DNA of 64,000 nt from an uncultured Thermodesulfobacteriota bacterium (GTDB lineage Bacteria; Desulfobacterota; GWC2-55-46; JADFVP01). How positions within the stretch are numbered: position 1 is the first letter of the stretch; each line of letters begins with the position of its first letter. The stretch spans positions 11,829-75,828 of the forward strand of contig CAYOVP010000001.1 of NCBI GenBank assembly GCA_964407495.1. Direction: 5' to 3'. Position numbers and translations under genes: made by a program. The notes under the pieces are model-generated. The model had not been told where the DNA came from and searched no databases. It saw only the letters and a list, made by a program, of their open reading frames with translations. Of this stretch, positions 10,985 through 20,900 are shown piece after piece.

Positions 10985-11069
10985 ACTGGTTTTCTTTGCT
11001 CCGCTTTCTTTTTTCCAAAAGAAAGCGGAAGGTTTTCTCTGTCTTACTTTCTTTTTCAAAAAAAGTAAG
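10985..11069. repeat. Intergenic palindromic element, copy A (two tandem stem-loops; the 5' 44 nt are nearly identical to 54581-54627)
   Basis: Hairpin 1 at 11001-11028: 12-bp stem CCGCTTTCTTTT/AAAAGAAAGCGG, loop TTCC. Hairpin 2 at 11043-11069: CTTACTTT...AAAGTAAG. Sits after the secA stop and upstream of argJ. Confidence 0.7.
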
Positions 11070-11113
11070 GAAATCTTTTCACCTCATATCTTTTCATCTC
11101 AGGGGTTTTTCTA

Positions 11114-12325
11114 ATGACAACCGAGAAGGCCGCAGGGCCTCTTTGCAGGCTCCGCGTTCCTGGCTTTAGGGCCTCTGGTACGAGCGCGGGCATAAAGAAA
11201 AAGGGCAGACCCGACATGGCCCTCATAGTGAGCGATGTGCCTGCAACCGTTGCAGGGCTCTATACCACCAACGTGGTGAAGGCCGCGCCGGTGCTCCTCG
11301 ACATGGAGCGGACCGCCTCGGACCGCCAGGTGCGCGCCGTGGTCATAAACAGCGGCAATGCCAACGCCTGTACCGGTGAGCAGGGCATGAGAGACGCCGC
11401 TGAGATGGTGACGCTGACCGAGAAGGCCCTGGGGCTCAATGCTGGCGAGGCCCTCGTGGCCTCGACAGGCGTAATAGGTGTACCCCTTCCTATGGAGAGG
11501 ATAAGGGCGGGTATCCAAGACCTCGCTGGTACGCTCCACAAGAGGGGGTTCTGCGCAGTATCCGAGGCCATGCTCACTACTGACGCCTTTACCAAGACAG
11601 CCCTCGTTAGGAAAAAGATTGGCTCCAAGACCGTCACCCTTCTTGGTCTTGCCAAGGGCGCAGGCATGATAAATCCTGATATGGCCACCATGCTGGCCTT
11701 TTTCATGACCGATGCCGCCATATCGAGGTCACTGCTCAAGGCCGCGCTGAGGTCTGCCTGTGTGCCGAGTTTCAACAGCATCATGGTGGACAATGATACC
11801 TCCACCAATGACACGGCCCTTGCCATGGCAAACGGCTTTAGCGGCGTACGCATCAGGCGTGGTACGGACGAATACTCTTGTTTCGTGGCGCTCCTCACCG
11901 ACGTTGCCACGCGCCTTGCAAAGATGATTGTCCGCGATGGTGAGGGGGCAACGCGTTTTGTGGAGATACGCATCACCGGGGCCTCCTCCAGGCGTGAGGC
12001 CAGAAAGGCCGCCCGTGTCGTTGCAGGGTCTTTTCTCGTAAAGACAGCCCTCTTCGGCGCTGATCCCAACTGGGGGCGTGTGGCCGCGGCACTGGGACGG
12101 GCAGGGATAAGGCTTGATGAGTCCAGGCTGGAGATTGCCTTCAACGGTGTGACCGTGGCACGGGGCGGGCTCGATACAGGAGAGGAAAAACGTGCGGCCA
12201 GGGCCATGAAAAGGAAGAATATCGTACTCGGCATAGGCCTGAACATCGGTGGCGCCTCGGCTACGTTCTGGACAACAGACCTCTCTTATGATTATGTAAG
12301 GATAAATTCCGAGTACAGGACCTGA
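11114..12325 (+). CDS. argJ: Bifunctional glutamate N-acetyltransferase / amino-acid acetyltransferase ArgJ
   Basis: Autoproteolytic site context PDMATMLAFFMTDA (A|TML), conserved ArgJ alpha/beta subunit blocks throughout. Confidence 0.93.
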   Translation: MTTEKAAGPLCRLRVPGFRASGTSAGIKKKGRPDMALIVSDVPATVAGLYTTNVVKAAPVLLDMERTASDRQVRAVVINSGNANACTGEQGMRDAAEMVTLTEKALGLNAGEALVASTGVIGVPLPMERIRAGIQDLAGTLHKRGFCAVSEAMLTTDAFTKTALVRKKIGSKTVTLLGLAKGAGMINPDMATMLAFFMTDAAISRSLLKAALRSACVPSFNSIMVDNDTSTNDTALAMANGFSGVRIRRGTDEYSCFVALLTDVATRLAKMIVRDGEGATRFVEIRITGASSRREARKAARVVAGSFLVKTALFGADPNWGRVAAALGRAGIRLDESRLEIAFNGVTVARGGLDTGEEKRAARAMKRKNIVLGIGLNIGGASATFWTTDLSYDYVRINSEYRT

Positions 12326-12376
12326 GGGGCAGCCCTCAGGGCCTCTGAACTTCAAACTCGACGGGGTGTTGATACC

Positions 12377-12799
12377 ATGGAGATACTTCTCAAAGAGGCG
12401 GCAAGGTGGCTCCGCCAGGCCGAGTACGACCTCAAGGTCTCGGAGTGGAACCAGCAGGGGGGCTTTCACGCGCCGGCCTGCTTCTGGGCCCAGCAGTCCG
12501 CGGCAAAGGCGCTCCGCGGCTTTCTCTTCCTCCAGAGAGAGGACGCCATGGAGACAAGGTCCGTGGCAGACCTCCTCGACAGGGCCATCACCTATGAAGA
12601 GTCCTTCAAGGACTTTGTGGGCGTATCCACCTCCCTTGACCTCTACTACAAGACATCGCGCTTTCCAGATGCCCTTCCCGGCGGCATACCTGCCGAGATA
12701 ATTACGGAGAAAGACTCGCGCGATGCCATAAAGCAGGCCACCAACATAGTAGGCATGGTGGAGAGGATAAGGAAGGACTACCTTCCAGAGACACTCTGA
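12377..12799 (+). CDS. HEPN-domain protein (orphan; no adjacent nucleotidyltransferase partner)
   Basis: Pattern ...AEYDL....GFHAPACFWAQQSAAKALRGFL... matches the HEPN (PF05168-like) helix pattern AxxDLxxA...CFHAQQAAEKALKAxL. No canonical Rx4-6H motif seen. Confidence 0.6.
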   Translation: MEILLKEAARWLRQAEYDLKVSEWNQQGGFHAPACFWAQQSAAKALRGFLFLQREDAMETRSVADLLDRAITYEESFKDFVGVSTSLDLYYKTSRFPDALPGGIPAEIITEKDSRDAIKQATNIVGMVERIRKDYLPETL

Positions 12800-12854
12800 G
12801 ACGTGGGGCGGGTGGCTGGCGCCGGTATGTCTGCCTTTTAGAGTTGGCCCGCCG

Positions 12855-13706
12855 TTGCGGGAAAGACCCTTGCCGGTCTTTGGCCCTTGCCGCACATCTC
12901 ATCCAAGAACCGGAGGTTACTTGATCCAGCAGAACTTGGTCCTCCTGCTCCCCTTTGTATTCGGGGCGGTCGTGGGCAGTTTTCTTAATGTCTGCATATA
13001 CCGCCTGCCCGAGGGCATGAGCATAGTCTCGCCTCCCTCGCGGTGTCCGGTCTGCAAGAGGCATATCCCCTTTTACTGTAATATCCCCATATTGAGTTAC
13101 ATCGTCCTCCGCGGGCGTTGCGGCCAGTGCAAGAGCCCCATTTCCATACAGTACCCCCTGGTGGAACTCCTAACAGGGCTCCTTGCAGTGGCGCTCTTCT
13201 ACCGTTACGGCCCTGACGTGAGGATCATCATACCCTTCTTCTTTGTCTGCGCCCTCGTGGTCAGCACCTTCATAGACCTTCGTCACAGGCTCATACTCGA
13301 TGTCATCACGCTCCCAGGCATAGTCATCGGCTTTGCGGCCTCTTTCTTTATGCCATCGCCTGGAGTAGTAGACTCCTTCACAGGCATAGTGGCCGGCGGG
13401 GGCATACTAATAGCCATTGCCATGACCTATCACTTCCTTACGGGAAAAGATGGCATGGGCGGTGGAGATATAAAGTTTCTCGCCATGATAGGGGCCTTCA
13501 TAGGTTGGAAGGGTGTCCTCTTCACACTGTTTACTGCCTCTGTCGTTGGGGCCTTCATAGGTGTCATAATGATGATCCTCTTCTCACGCACCAGCAAGCA
13601 CGCCTTGCCCTTTGGGCCCTATCTGGCCTTCGGGGCAGGCCTGTATCTTTTTTATGGTCCTGCCTTGATACAGTGGTATATCAAGAGCGTGGTCCAGGGA
13701 GTATAA
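12855..13706 (+). CDS. pilD: Type IV prepilin leader peptidase / N-methyltransferase (A24 family)
   Basis: Zn-binding tetracysteine CPVC...CGQC, GSFLNVCIYRLPEG, multiple TM helices. Start may be TTG near 12918. Confidence 0.92.
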   Translation: MRERPLPVFGPCRTSHPRTGGYLIQQNLVLLLPFVFGAVVGSFLNVCIYRLPEGMSIVSPPSRCPVCKRHIPFYCNIPILSYIVLRGRCGQCKSPISIQYPLVELLTGLLAVALFYRYGPDVRIIIPFFFVCALVVSTFIDLRHRLILDVITLPGIVIGFAASFFMPSPGVVDSFTGIVAGGGILIAIAMTYHFLTGKDGMGGGDIKFLAMIGAFIGWKGVLFTLFTASVVGAFIGVIMMILFSRTSKHALPFGPYLAFGAGLYLFYGPALIQWYIKSVVQGV

Positions 13707-13721
13707 GGCGGTTTTTTTCCG

Positions 13722-15260
13722 GTGAACCTGAAGTTAGGCATACGCGCGCAACTTGGGCTCGGTATAGCCCTCATCACCCTGGCCGGTGTGGGGTTCATAG
13801 GGCTTATGAGCATAAAGATAGTGGAGGACAAGGCCCTTTACTGGAAGACCCAGGAGGCTGAGCGCACGGCGCGCATGGTGCGTGCCTCCATGAAGAGGCT
13901 CGGTACATGGCTTGACGAGGAGAGGGCATTGAGGCTCCTTGGCGCCATGATGCGCGAGGCAGGCGTCAGGGACTATCGCCTTACTACCTCCACTGGCCGT
14001 GTTATTACGAAAAAGGGCGTATTGCCGCGGATAACTGCCAGGCCCCTCGTGCTTCTCGATGGTGTACGGGTAAGACGCATAGGAGGGGGCTGGCTGAGCG
14101 GGCCGGGGCGTTACCTGTACGTGAGCGCCGAACTGCGCGGTGCCGGCGTCCCTGACGGCAGGCTCGACTTCTCCGTACCGCTTACAGACATCAATACAGA
14201 ACTAAGCGGGGTAAAGAAGTTCCTTGTAGTGTACATAGTCCTTGACAGCGCCATTATAATTGCCTTTGGGTTCTTCTTTCTCTCCGGCTCCATAATAAAC
14301 CCCATAAGAAGGCTCACAGATGCCGCCTCACGCATAGCAGGCGGGTCCTTTGGCGAACGCGTCAATATAAAATCCGACAATGAGATAGGAGTAATGGCGG
14401 CCTCCTTCAACAAGATGGCAGGGAGGATAGAAGAAGAGATAAAGACATTGGAGAGGCTCAACAAGGAACTCGTGAGTGCCCAGGAAGAGGTTCTCCGTTC
14501 GTCCACGCTGGCAGCCGTAGGGAGGCTAGCCGCTGGCATTGCCCACGAGATAGGCAACCCCCTCGGCGCAGTGGGCGGGTATCTACAGATTCTCGAGCGT
14601 GGTTCTCTTGATAAGGCGGACGAGAAGGATATAATAGAGAGGGCCGGACGCGAGGTGGCCAGAATCGACGCCATACTCAGGGAGTTTCTCGAGTTCTCGC
14701 GGGCCGGCAAGAAGGCCATTGAGCCTGTGGACGTGAATGCCCTCATAGAAGAGAGCGTACGCGGGCTCGAAGGACACAGGGACTTCGAAGGGGTTCTGGT
14801 AAAGACCACCCTCGCAGGGGGCCTGCCGCCCGTCATGATGAACGAGGGTAAACTCCGCCAGGTCTTTGTGAACCTCCTCGTCAATGCCGCCCAGGCAATG
14901 AGCGGCATGGAGGGACGTAGAGTGATAAACGTCAAGACCGAGATAGGCAAACTACCGGTAAAGGATGCGAACCTTCGAAGGCGCAAGGACGACAAGCCCC
15001 TCAGGCCTGGCGAGACCATATACCGCGAGTACGTATTCGTAAGCATAAGCGACAGGGGTACGGGCATAAGCGAGGAAGACGCCAGACGTATCTTCGAGCC
15101 CTTCTTTACCACAAAGGAAGTAGGAAAGGGCACCGGGCTCGGGCTCTTTGTGTCCAAGAGCATACTGACGACCTATGGTGGAGAGATAGAGTTCGAGTCA
15201 AAGGTGGGCAAGGGCTCCACCTTTACTGTAAGATTGCCCTGCAGGAGGGGTGGAAGATGA
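13722..15260 (+). CDS. Sensor histidine kinase (TM - HAMP - HisKA - HATPase_c); PilS-like by context
   Basis: HAMP (IGVMAASFNKMAGRIEEE), H-box LAAGIAHEIGNPLGAV, N/G1/G2 boxes (NLLVNAAQAM, DRGTGIS, GTGLGLFVSKS). Directly precedes a sigma54 activator, downstream of pilD. Confidence 0.88.
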   Translation: MNLKLGIRAQLGLGIALITLAGVGFIGLMSIKIVEDKALYWKTQEAERTARMVRASMKRLGTWLDEERALRLLGAMMREAGVRDYRLTTSTGRVITKKGVLPRITARPLVLLDGVRVRRIGGGWLSGPGRYLYVSAELRGAGVPDGRLDFSVPLTDINTELSGVKKFLVVYIVLDSAIIIAFGFFFLSGSIINPIRRLTDAASRIAGGSFGERVNIKSDNEIGVMAASFNKMAGRIEEEIKTLERLNKELVSAQEEVLRSSTLAAVGRLAAGIAHEIGNPLGAVGGYLQILERGSLDKADEKDIIERAGREVARIDAILREFLEFSRAGKKAIEPVDVNALIEESVRGLEGHRDFEGVLVKTTLAGGLPPVMMNEGKLRQVFVNLLVNAAQAMSGMEGRRVINVKTEIGKLPVKDANLRRRKDDKPLRPGETIYREYVFVSISDRGTGISEEDARRIFEPFFTTKEVGKGTGLGLFVSKSILTTYGGEIEFESKVGKGSTFTVRLPCRRGGR

Positions 15261-16606
15261 AGGTAATGATTATCGACGACGAGGAGAGCCTTAGACACAT
15301 GCTCTCCGTCATACTCAAGATGGAGGGCTTTGAGGCCACTGCCTACGAGGACGCTGAGAAAGCGCTCTTGGCGCTCGACAAAGAGGACTACGACTTCATA
15401 CTCTGCGATATCCGCATGCCGGGTATGGATGGTCTGGCCTTTCTGAGGGCCCTTTCCGAGCGCGGTGATGAGCACACGGTCATCATGATGAGCGCCTATG
15501 GCACCATTGATACGGCCATAGAGTGTATGAAACTTGGGGCCTATGACTATGTCTCCAAGCCCTTCAAGTCTGATGAGATAATCCTCACGCTCCGGAAGGC
15601 CGAGGAGCGCGAAAAACTCAAGCGCGAGAACAGGCGTCTCAAGGAAGAGGTCGCAGGCCGCTTCAGTATCGAGAAGATAATAACCGTGGACCCAAGGATG
15701 ATCGAGGTCCTGGAACTCGTTAAAAAGGTTGCCAGTTACAACACCACGGTGCTCATACGCGGCGAGAGCGGCACTGGCAAGGAACTCATAGCCCGTGCCC
15801 TCCATACCGCAGGCTCCAGGGCCTCCGGGCCCTTCGTGGCCGTGAACTGCGCGGCCATCCCCGGCCCTCTCCTCGAGAGTGAACTCTTCGGCCACGTAAA
15901 GGGCGCTTTCACGGACGCAAGGCGCGACAAGGCCGGGCTCTTCGAGGAGGCCAGCGGCGGGACGATCTTCCTCGACGAAGTGGGAGAACTCCCCATGGAA
16001 CTCCAGGTCAAACTCCTGCGCGTCCTCCAGGAGGGTGAGATAAGGAGGGTTGGCGGAACCAAGGACATAAAGATAGATACGCGCGTGGTGGCGGCAACCC
16101 TCAAGGACCTGGCAAGGGAGATAGGCGAGGGAAGGTTTAGGGAAGACCTCTACTACAGGCTGAATGTGATAGAGATAACCCTTCCGCCGCTTCGCGAGAG
16201 GCCCGCAGATATAGAGAGGCTCGCAGAGCACTTTACCGGCCTATATGCCGCTAAGTTCGGAAAAAAGGTGAAGGGCCTCTCAAAGGATGCGCTCACAGCG
16301 CTTCTCAAGTACGGCTGGCCTGGCAATGTCCGCGAACTGGAGAACGTCATAGAACGCGCCATGATCCTGGAGGACGGTGATGTTATAAAGAAGTCGTCAC
16401 TCCCCATAGGGGTCTCTGCCCCGGCGCCGGGCCCCTCCTCTGCCCCGGCCACGGGGCTCTCCATCAAGAAGGCCCAGGAGGCCATGGAACGCGACCTCAT
16501 AAGGCGGGCCCTCGAGGCCACGAAGAACAACAAGACGCGGGCCGCAGAACTCCTGGAGATAAGCCAGAGGGCCCTCCTGTACAAGATAAAGACCTATGGG
16601 CTTTAG
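15257..16606 (+). CDS. Sigma54-dependent response regulator (REC - AAA+ sigma54 activator - Fis-type HTH), NtrC family; PilR-like by context
   Basis: REC (DDEESLRHML...DIRMPGMDG), Walker A GESGTGKE, GAFTGA motif (KGAFTDARR), sigma54-interaction ESELFGH, C-terminal HTH AAELLEISQRALLYKIKTYGL. Confidence 0.92.
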   Translation: MKVMIIDDEESLRHMLSVILKMEGFEATAYEDAEKALLALDKEDYDFILCDIRMPGMDGLAFLRALSERGDEHTVIMMSAYGTIDTAIECMKLGAYDYVSKPFKSDEIILTLRKAEEREKLKRENRRLKEEVAGRFSIEKIITVDPRMIEVLELVKKVASYNTTVLIRGESGTGKELIARALHTAGSRASGPFVAVNCAAIPGPLLESELFGHVKGAFTDARRDKAGLFEEASGGTIFLDEVGELPMELQVKLLRVLQEGEIRRVGGTKDIKIDTRVVAATLKDLAREIGEGRFREDLYYRLNVIEITLPPLRERPADIERLAEHFTGLYAAKFGKKVKGLSKDALTALLKYGWPGNVRELENVIERAMILEDGDVIKKSSLPIGVSAPAPGPSSAPATGLSIKKAQEAMERDLIRRALEATKNNKTRAAELLEISQRALLYKIKTYGL

Positions 16607-16872
16607 TTGACAGGCCTGATGGGCGCGCCTGCCTGAATCAAGTAACCGCATACCTCCCACTGCCGCACTATCTGGCCATAACCCTTTGATTGTAAAGGGG
16701 TTCTGGATACAGAGAGAGGTGACACATCTCGTCTCCATGGCCGCTTGGCCATGGCAGGTCTCTTGCCTCGCAAGACGCTTTCCTTATAAAAAGTAGGCAT
16801 ACTATGAAAAGTTTGCGGAGTTTTCTCTCCATGTCGGAGTGAAAACTTTTTTGTTTTCAGGGGGTTACCTCT

Positions 16873-16888
16873 TGGCATGGCTGTTGCT
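16873..16888 (+). promoter_or_regulatory. Sigma54 (RpoN) -24/-12 promoter, TGGCAT-N5-TTGCT, upstream of the minor-pilin operon
   Basis: cTTGGCATggctgTTGCTt: GG and GC elements at canonical 12-nt spacing, 38 nt upstream of ORF 16926. Adjacent upstream gene encodes a sigma54-dependent regulator. Confidence 0.7.
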
Positions 16889-16925
16889 TAATAATTGGTC
16901 GGATTCATAGTCCAGAAACCCGGGG

Positions 16926-17516
16926 GTGATAAGTAAGGCCATGAGTATAGGTGAAGAAATAAGAGAGAATTCAGGCCTGTTCCAGGTGGAGAGAAAACTG
17001 TCCAGAGCGCAAGGCCGGTCCCAGCGCGGGTTCAGCCTTGTAGAGATTCTCGTGGTCCTGGCCATATTCGGCACGCTACTTGCCATAGCGGCGCCCAATT
17101 TCCTCTCCACCACCTTCCCGCACATGAAACTAAAGAGCGCCTCGCGGGATATATTCTCCATCCTCCAGTACGCAAGGAGCAAGGCCGTGAACTCCACGCA
17201 GAAGTACGGCGTGCGTTTTGAACTCGACACATCTCCAAAGCAGTACATGGTGGTTACGAGGGCATCGGATACAGACCCCTGGACCAACGATACGAGTATC
17301 AGCCCGAGGGACCTCGAGGATGGCGCGGATATCTTCAGCGTAACCGTGGGAGCCGTAACCTACACCACGGGCACCACGGCGGTAATCGCCTTCGACCCCT
17401 TTGGGTCGGCCACCTCTGCTGAGATAAAACTCTACTCCACGGCAAAGGCCACGGACAGGTACAAGATAACGGTCTCGTCCGCCAGCGGGCGGGTGAAGAT
17501 ATCAACCACATGGTGA
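16926..17516 (+). CDS. Type IV minor pilin, GspH/FimT-like
   Basis: Class III signal/prepilin motif QRG|FSLVEILVVLAIFGTLLAIAAPNF (Gly-1, Phe+1, Glu+5). True start possibly GTG near 16986, giving a ~15-aa leader. Confidence 0.85.
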   Translation: MISKAMSIGEEIRENSGLFQVERKLSRAQGRSQRGFSLVEILVVLAIFGTLLAIAAPNFLSTTFPHMKLKSASRDIFSILQYARSKAVNSTQKYGVRFELDTSPKQYMVVTRASDTDPWTNDTSISPRDLEDGADIFSVTVGAVTYTTGTTAVIAFDPFGSATSAEIKLYSTAKATDRYKITVSSASGRVKISTTW

Positions 17517-17959
17517 GAAGAATGAAGGAAAAACTCTTTGAAGGTCAGGACGGCTTTACCTTGCTGGAGATAATGATCAGCATTTTCATCCTAACAGTGG
17601 CCCTCTTGACGCTCTCGGGCCTCATGACGAGCAGCATACGAAGTACGGACTTCGGGAGAAAGACGACAGAGGCCGCCAACCTTGCTCGCGAGACCCTTGA
17701 GCAGATAGAGCGCCAGGCCGCAGTCAACTTTGACAGCGTCCAGGACTCTGTGGCCGGAAGCGACCCTGTGGCCGGAGTGAACCCGGACCAGGTGGAGGAC
17801 TACGGCACCATATCAGGCCACCCGTCCTTCAGGCGCGAGACCTACATAACCGACGGCGCGGCGCCTGTAAACTCCAAGGACGTTGCAGTAAAGGTCATCT
17901 GGGACGACACCATAGGATCTGGCCACAACGTCATCTTCAGGACAGTCATCGCGAGATAG
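17510..17959 (+). CDS. pilV: Type IV minor pilin, PilV-like
   Basis: Prepilin motif G|FTLLEIMISIFILTVALLTLSGL followed by a small periplasmic domain. Confidence 0.8.
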   Translation: MVRRMKEKLFEGQDGFTLLEIMISIFILTVALLTLSGLMTSSIRSTDFGRKTTEAANLARETLEQIERQAAVNFDSVQDSVAGSDPVAGVNPDQVEDYGTISGHPSFRRETYITDGAAPVNSKDVAVKVIWDDTIGSGHNVIFRTVIAR

Positions 17960-17963
17960 AAAC

Positions 17964-20900
17964 ATGCGTTTAACTCGAATACTGCATAAAGAGCGCGGAT
18001 TCACCCTTGTAGAACTCCTCGTGGCCATGGCCATCGGGGTGCTCGTCATAGGCTCGGTGTACGCGCTCTACAATTATTATCTGCGTGCCTCCACGGGCCA
18101 GGACAACCTCCTCCAGATACAGCAGGAGACGAGGGTGACCATGGAGAAACTGGTGAAAGAGGTACGCGCCGCAGGGTGTTACTACAAGGATACGCCCATC
18201 ATAACCGCTGATGTGAGTACCTTTGAGTTCGAGTCTGATACAGACCCAGACCCCAATCTCGGCCCATGGAAGATAAAATACGAACTCGATACAACCACCA
18301 ATGAACTCAAGAGGAGCACGGCCACATGGAATGGTTCGGCCTATGGCGCATATGGAACGCCCGTGGTCCTTGCAGGCGATATTACGGCCCTTACCTTCAG
18401 TTATTATGACGAGAACGATACCCTGATCCCTGCGCCGGTCCAGTCACAGGCCAATAGAGACCGCATCCGGCGGGTAGGCATAGCCATGACGGCATCTACG
18501 CCATACCCCAACCCCTCTACCAACAAGATAGACACCATTGACCTCGAGACCAGCATATCCCTTCGGTGCATGGGTGTACAGCAGTCCACGGACACTACTG
18601 AATGTGCACTGCCAACTAATATACAGTCCACAGACCCAGGTGTATGCGGAAGGCTGAACATCACCTGGACCAAGAGTTCCAGTTCCGATGCCGCGGGATA
18701 CAAGTTGTATTACCGTCCCACCGGGACGGCCTTTTACACAGGCCTCATAGACGTACCCGGAGGGGCTACCGAGTCTTACACCCTTACGGGTCTTACCGAT
18801 GGACAACAGTATGATATTGCCATGAAGTGTTATGATACATCTGGCAATATCAATGAATCCTTTACAACTCCAATATCAGGTACGAGCGGAACTACGGACA
18901 CGAAGCCCGATGATTCCACGGCGCCGGAACTTCCGGCCAATACGGACGCCACGGCAGGGGACGGTGTGGTTACGCTCACATGGGACGCCAGTACCTCTGT
19001 GGACGCAGGCGGCTACCACGTGTACAGGAGTGATAATGGCGGCTCTACCTACTCGCAGATAGCGGAACTCGACTCCACCTATCTGACCTATTCCGACACT
19101 ACGGTCGCAAACTGCCCTTCAACCCCCTATTATTACAAGGTAGTCACTTGGGACTGCGCTGGTAACGAGAAGAATACTGCCTTACAGAGCGCCGTATACG
19201 GTGACGGCTCGGACACTGGAGCCGACCAGCCCACTGCAGGTGTAACGAGTACTGATCCCTACGAGACCGTGGCCCCGGCAGACCCTACGCCCTTCATTGC
19301 TGTGCCTGCGGCTGACAAGATATACATGAGCGATACTACGCCGGCAGATACGGACCTCGCTGGTGTACGTATCCTTCGAAGGACGGACCAGTACCCCAGC
19401 GGCCCCACAGATACTTCTGCCATAGGCCCCAACAACAGGCCGGATTACGGCGCGCTCCAGCCCTCGCAGACATATTCGCTCGTTGACAGTTATGGCATAA
19501 ATATCGGCACTACGTACTATTACAGGGCCTTTGCCTATGACAGGTGTGGCAACTTCAGCCCAGGGGCCTCATCCCTTGCCACTGCCGCCCCATGCGGTGA
19601 CGGAAGCCCCGGGTCCAAGCACTATGGCCCACCGTCTGCCCCTTCGTCGCTCTCAACATCCACCTGCTCTACATCTACGGTCTCATGGACAGACTCGGCG
19701 GGGAGTGAGAACGGTAACCTCTTCAACCCGGCTTCTGAGAGTGATGTGGTGGGTTACTACGTATACAGGAGCGATGTACAGGGAGGGCCCTATACAAAAC
19801 TCAATAGTACGCCTGTAACGGCAACGAGTTATGCCGACAGCACAGTAACCCCTGGCACCACCTATTACTACACCGTTACTGCCGTCGACTGCGCACTCAA
19901 CGAGAGCACGGTCATGTCTCCTGAGGTCACGGTCATGCCCACGGACATTGCCTGGGACCCTGCCATCACTGTAATTACCTCGGGGACCGCCTCGCTGAGC
20001 GGGAGCCAGCACAACGTGGTGACCATAGGCATAAAGAACACGGGTAACAGTTCAGTCACCATAAACTCTGCTACCTTTGTCTGGGGCGTTGCCACTGCCA
20101 AACTCCGCAAGGTGGTGCTCGAGCCCTTTGGGGGGAGCAGTAATACTCTCTGGGACGGCACGGACGTGGCCTCTGGATATGTGGTGGACTTTGCCTCCTA
20201 TGAGCCGGACGGTTCTCTCCGGAGGCTCTCCGGGTCAACGGGTCTGAACAAGTTCGTACTGGACTTCAGGGACTCGGCGGGCACAGGCTTTGTGGACATG
20301 AGAGGCGCCAGCATCGTAGTCACTCTCAACTACACGAACGACCTTGACGGCGCCTCCTGCAACTCGAGCACATTTACAGTGCCCGTGACCGTGGGCCCCA
20401 CCATCACGGCCAGTGTGCAGGACAGGCCCGTAACCCCGACTACGTCAAACGTAAATGCCGCTAACATAACGGTAAAGACGGGTACCCAGGATACGAATTA
20501 TAACTGGACTTCCTATGACGTGAACGTCAGCGACACTGTGAGCCCTGACACTGGCACCACCATAACCTCAGCAAAACTCTATTACAACACAACGGACAAG
20601 ACCACTGCCTCTGCCCCTGCCACGGATTATTCCTCTACGCCATCGGGATGGACAGCCATAGACATGTGCCAGGTGGGCACTACCAATACATACCAGACAG
20701 AGTCCTCTGGAACGTGTACATCGAGCCATGTGCCAGACCTTACGGGCAAGAGGGTCTGGTACTACATCGTCATGACAGACAGCGACGGCAATTATGATAT
20801 CCAGCCAGAGCCTTCGGTGGGTGTGTATACCTATGACCAGGACTCGAGGTTCGACATATATATGGTCGTAAATAGGAGCGGCAGTGGTGGTCAGGACGTG

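Noticed and set aside
13505-13861. 118-aa + strand ORF overlapping the pilD 3' end and the HK start
   Set aside because: Alternate frame of two well-supported genes. Arg/Gly/His-rich translation, no start context.
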